64,000 nt of DNA from Candidatus Magasanikbacteria bacterium GW2011_GWC2_37_14 (GTDB taxonomy: Bacteria > Patescibacteriota > Patescibacteriia > Magasanikbacterales > UBA922): NCBI GenBank assembly GCA_000990355.1, contig LBSX01000008.1:40316-104315 (forward strand). Reading direction: 5' to 3'. The position numbers were made by a program, and so were the translations under genes. Below, in pieces: positions 62,150 to 64,000 of this stretch (the first letter of the stretch is position 1; each line of letters starts with the position of its first letter). A model generated the notes under the pieces. It made no database searches and had not been told where the DNA came from. It saw only the letters and a program-made list of their open reading frames with translations.

Positions 62150-62290
62150 CGTCATCCCCCTCTTGACCTCGAGGGGGTAGGCCTGCCCGACATGCCGTCA
62201 AGGCAGGCGGGGGGAGTTTGCCGGAGCTGTTTGTCATTCCTGTCCCGTAACCTGGTACGGGATAAACTCCGGCAGGAATCCAGAAATCGT
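62150..62290. repeat. Family A plus family B palindromic repeats
   Basis: ccccctcttgacctcgagggggtaggcctgcc...ggcaggcggggggag, and gtcattcctgtcccgtaacctggtacgggataaactccggcaggaatcc. Confidence 0.75.
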
Positions 62291-62563
62291 CTAATAAAAT
62301 CAAAACTACTTTTCAGTAGTTTTTGTTTTATATTCATTTTACTTTTTGTCACCAAAAAGTAACAAAAAGTGCCGGGGTAAAAAACTCGCGCCTTCAACTA
62401 AAGATTAAAGTATTATCTATTCAAGCCCTGGGCGCTCAAACAGTTTTACCCCTGGACCCCAGGTTTTTTCTGTGGTGTGTAAATGTTTGTGCGCGCGTGA
62501 TTGAGTGTTTCTTTTTCCTCCCCTTTATAAGGGGAGGATTAAGGAGGGGTATTTTACAAACAA

Positions 62564-62665
62564 AAAATCCCCCAGCTCCACTACGTTGCGCCGGGCAGGC
62601 TAGTAAACTTTATTAAAAAGATAGTCTAGCTTGCCAGGCGCAGTGAAACGGAGACTGGGGATTTT
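62564..62665. repeat. Family C 95-nt long-hairpin element, copy 2
   Basis: cccccagctccactacgttgcgccgggcaggctagtaaactttattaaaaagatagtctagcttgccaggcgcagtgaaacggagactgggg. One mismatch relative to copy 1. Confidence 0.85.
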
Positions 62666-62820
62666 TTATTTTCAACTATTTACAAAATAATTTTATAAAC
62701 ACTTGAGTCACCCTTGGTCCTCCAAGGCCAAGGTGCTCCTTCTTGTGAAAGGAAAAGATCGATAAAGAATGTGGGTTTTTTGCCCCGGAGCTGGGGCGGG
62801 TGGTGGGGTGGGGTAGCAGT

Positions 62821-63879
62821 TTAGCGGGGCTCCGGCGTGGTGGGGATGTCGCCACCGCTGAAGAACTTGTTCGGGTCGGCGAGCATCGCCTGGGTCGGTG
62901 GCGTTGTGGGGTGAAGTTCGTACTCCACCACGACCTCATTGCCGACGCGTTTCCAGGTGATGTGTCTCTTGTCCAGGACGTGGTTCACGGCGAAGGGGAA
63001 CTTCGGGTTCATCCACACCATCACCTCGTCGCCCTCCTTGAGCTGCTCGCCCCGTTCGCCCGGCTTGTGGATGTAGACGACTGTCGACATGCTCGGCATG
63101 TTCACCACGGCCACCAGGCGTTCCGTGCTCTCGATGGTGCGGGCCTGGAGCTTGATGAAGCACCAGCCCGCGTCTTCCATGCGACGGCGGAGGGACATGT
63201 ACCAGCTCACCTGGTGGACGTTCGACGGCCACTCCACGAAGTCGTTCTGGAGCGGCAACATCTCGAATTTCGGCGGGAACCGGTAGGGCTCTCCACCCAG
63301 CATGGCCCAGCGCAGGGCGCAGGGTATGGTGAGCGGGTAGTTCCTGGACCAGAGGTGCCGTCGGAAGCATTCCTTCTTGCTTCCGTCGCCGTCGGCCAGA
63401 CCCTTGAGTCCCTGGACGATCAGGGGGATCGTCCGCCAGGTGGGCACGAGGCGGAGCGAGAGCCCCACCTGAAGGCTCTGGGGCAGGTTGAGACGACGGA
63501 GAACTTCGATCGTTTGCGAGTTGACGACGCTCTCCAACCGATCCACCGCCCGGATGGCGATCGGCCAGGCATCGTGGTTGCCCAGCGAGGCGCGGATGTG
63601 CTCATAGATGATGAGCACCTTCTCGGGCTGTACCGAGGCGATCTCGAGGAGCATGTGCACCAGGTCGGAAAAACCGAATTTGGCCCAGGCCAGCGCGTTT
63701 TCCAGGAAGGCGCGCTGGAACTCGCGGCAGCAGGGCTCGTCGCCGAGACACGCCCTTCTGATCGTTTCGTCGTTCGCACCCGCTTCGATCAGCCAGCTGA
63801 AGACCTGGTGGATGTCCATCCCTTCTTCGGTCTCGAGCTTGGCCCACATCTCGCGCAGGAGCTCGGGCTGGATGGCCAT
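62821..63879 (-). CDS. Unknown 352-aa protein on a high-GC (about 62%) island
   Basis: RBS GAGGAGG-5-ATG on the minus strand. The translation is complex and W/R-rich. All plus-strand ORFs in this block are Arg/His/Gly-rich antisense shadows. Confidence 0.55.
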   Translation of the reverse strand: MAIQPELLREMWAKLETEEGMDIHQVFSWLIEAGANDETIRRACLGDEPCCREFQRAFLENALAWAKFGFSDLVHMLLEIASVQPEKVLIIYEHIRASLGNHDAWPIAIRAVDRLESVVNSQTIEVLRRLNLPQSLQVGLSLRLVPTWRTIPLIVQGLKGLADGDGSKKECFRRHLWSRNYPLTIPCALRWAMLGGEPYRFPPKFEMLPLQNDFVEWPSNVHQVSWYMSLRRRMEDAGWCFIKLQARTIESTERLVAVVNMPSMSTVVYIHKPGERGEQLKEGDEVMVWMNPKFPFAVNHVLDKRHITWKRVGNEVVVEYELHPTTPPTQAMLADPNKFFSGGDIPTTPEPR

Positions 63880-64000
63880 GTTGGCCTCCTCTCAGCAACC
63901 AAGGGCTTCTGTTCCCAGGGTTGCAAAGCAAAAATTGAGCAGTCGGACACCCTTGTGCCAACCGCAGGTTCTTTAACTAAACGTTATTTTCGCAAATAAC

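Noticed and set aside
62800-63999. 399-aa plus-strand ORF and four further 119-144-aa ORFs (62936-63370, 63420-63779, 63602-63961, 63608-63976) in the high-GC island
   Set aside because: They are Arg/His/Gly/Ala-rich antisense or offset shadows of the 62821-63879 minus-strand gene. Only that gene has a Shine-Dalgarno sequence and a balanced composition.

Overview
This is a low-GC (about 33-36%) bacterial chromosomal segment with the compact, short-intergenic style typical of Candidate Phyla Radiation (Patescibacteria) genomes. It spans the replication-origin region: rpmH-rnpA-yidD on the minus strand, then phased DnaA boxes, then dnaA-dnaN on the plus strand. Housekeeping genes recognised directly from the translations include hppA (partial), ftsK, recA, tig, rpsO-pnp, trxB, rpe, rpiB, galU, xth, lgt, a PPi-dependent phosphofructokinase and a class I fructose-bisphosphate aldolase. 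The main accessory features are: (1) three type IV pilus-like prepilin genes; (2) a tandem array of 11 paralogous secreted proteins (19.8-28.0 kb) that share a conserved two-helix hydrophobic domain resembling TrbC/VirB2-type pilins and carry variable Cys-rich modules, interrupted by a sugar-binding lipoprotein; (3) tRNA-His and tRNA-Arg beside a XerD-like recombinase; (4) a csoR / HMA-membrane-protein / copA copper operon with a recognisable operator; (5) a 23S-5S rRNA pair with no 16S nearby, whose 23S carries an ORF-less group I intron at the E. coli U2500-equivalent site; (6) a free-standing LAGLIDADG homing endonuclease overlapping tRNA-Leu(UAG) and followed by an Smr gene; (7) an ssuABC-like ABC transporter with a TrmB-family regulator; (8) several GC-rich islands (about 50-62% GC) carrying genes of unknown function at 1.3, 35.3, 40-41.3, 56.8 and 62.8-64 kb; (9) at least four families of dispersed palindromic repeats, one of which sits in-frame inside lgt. 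No CRISPR array is present.
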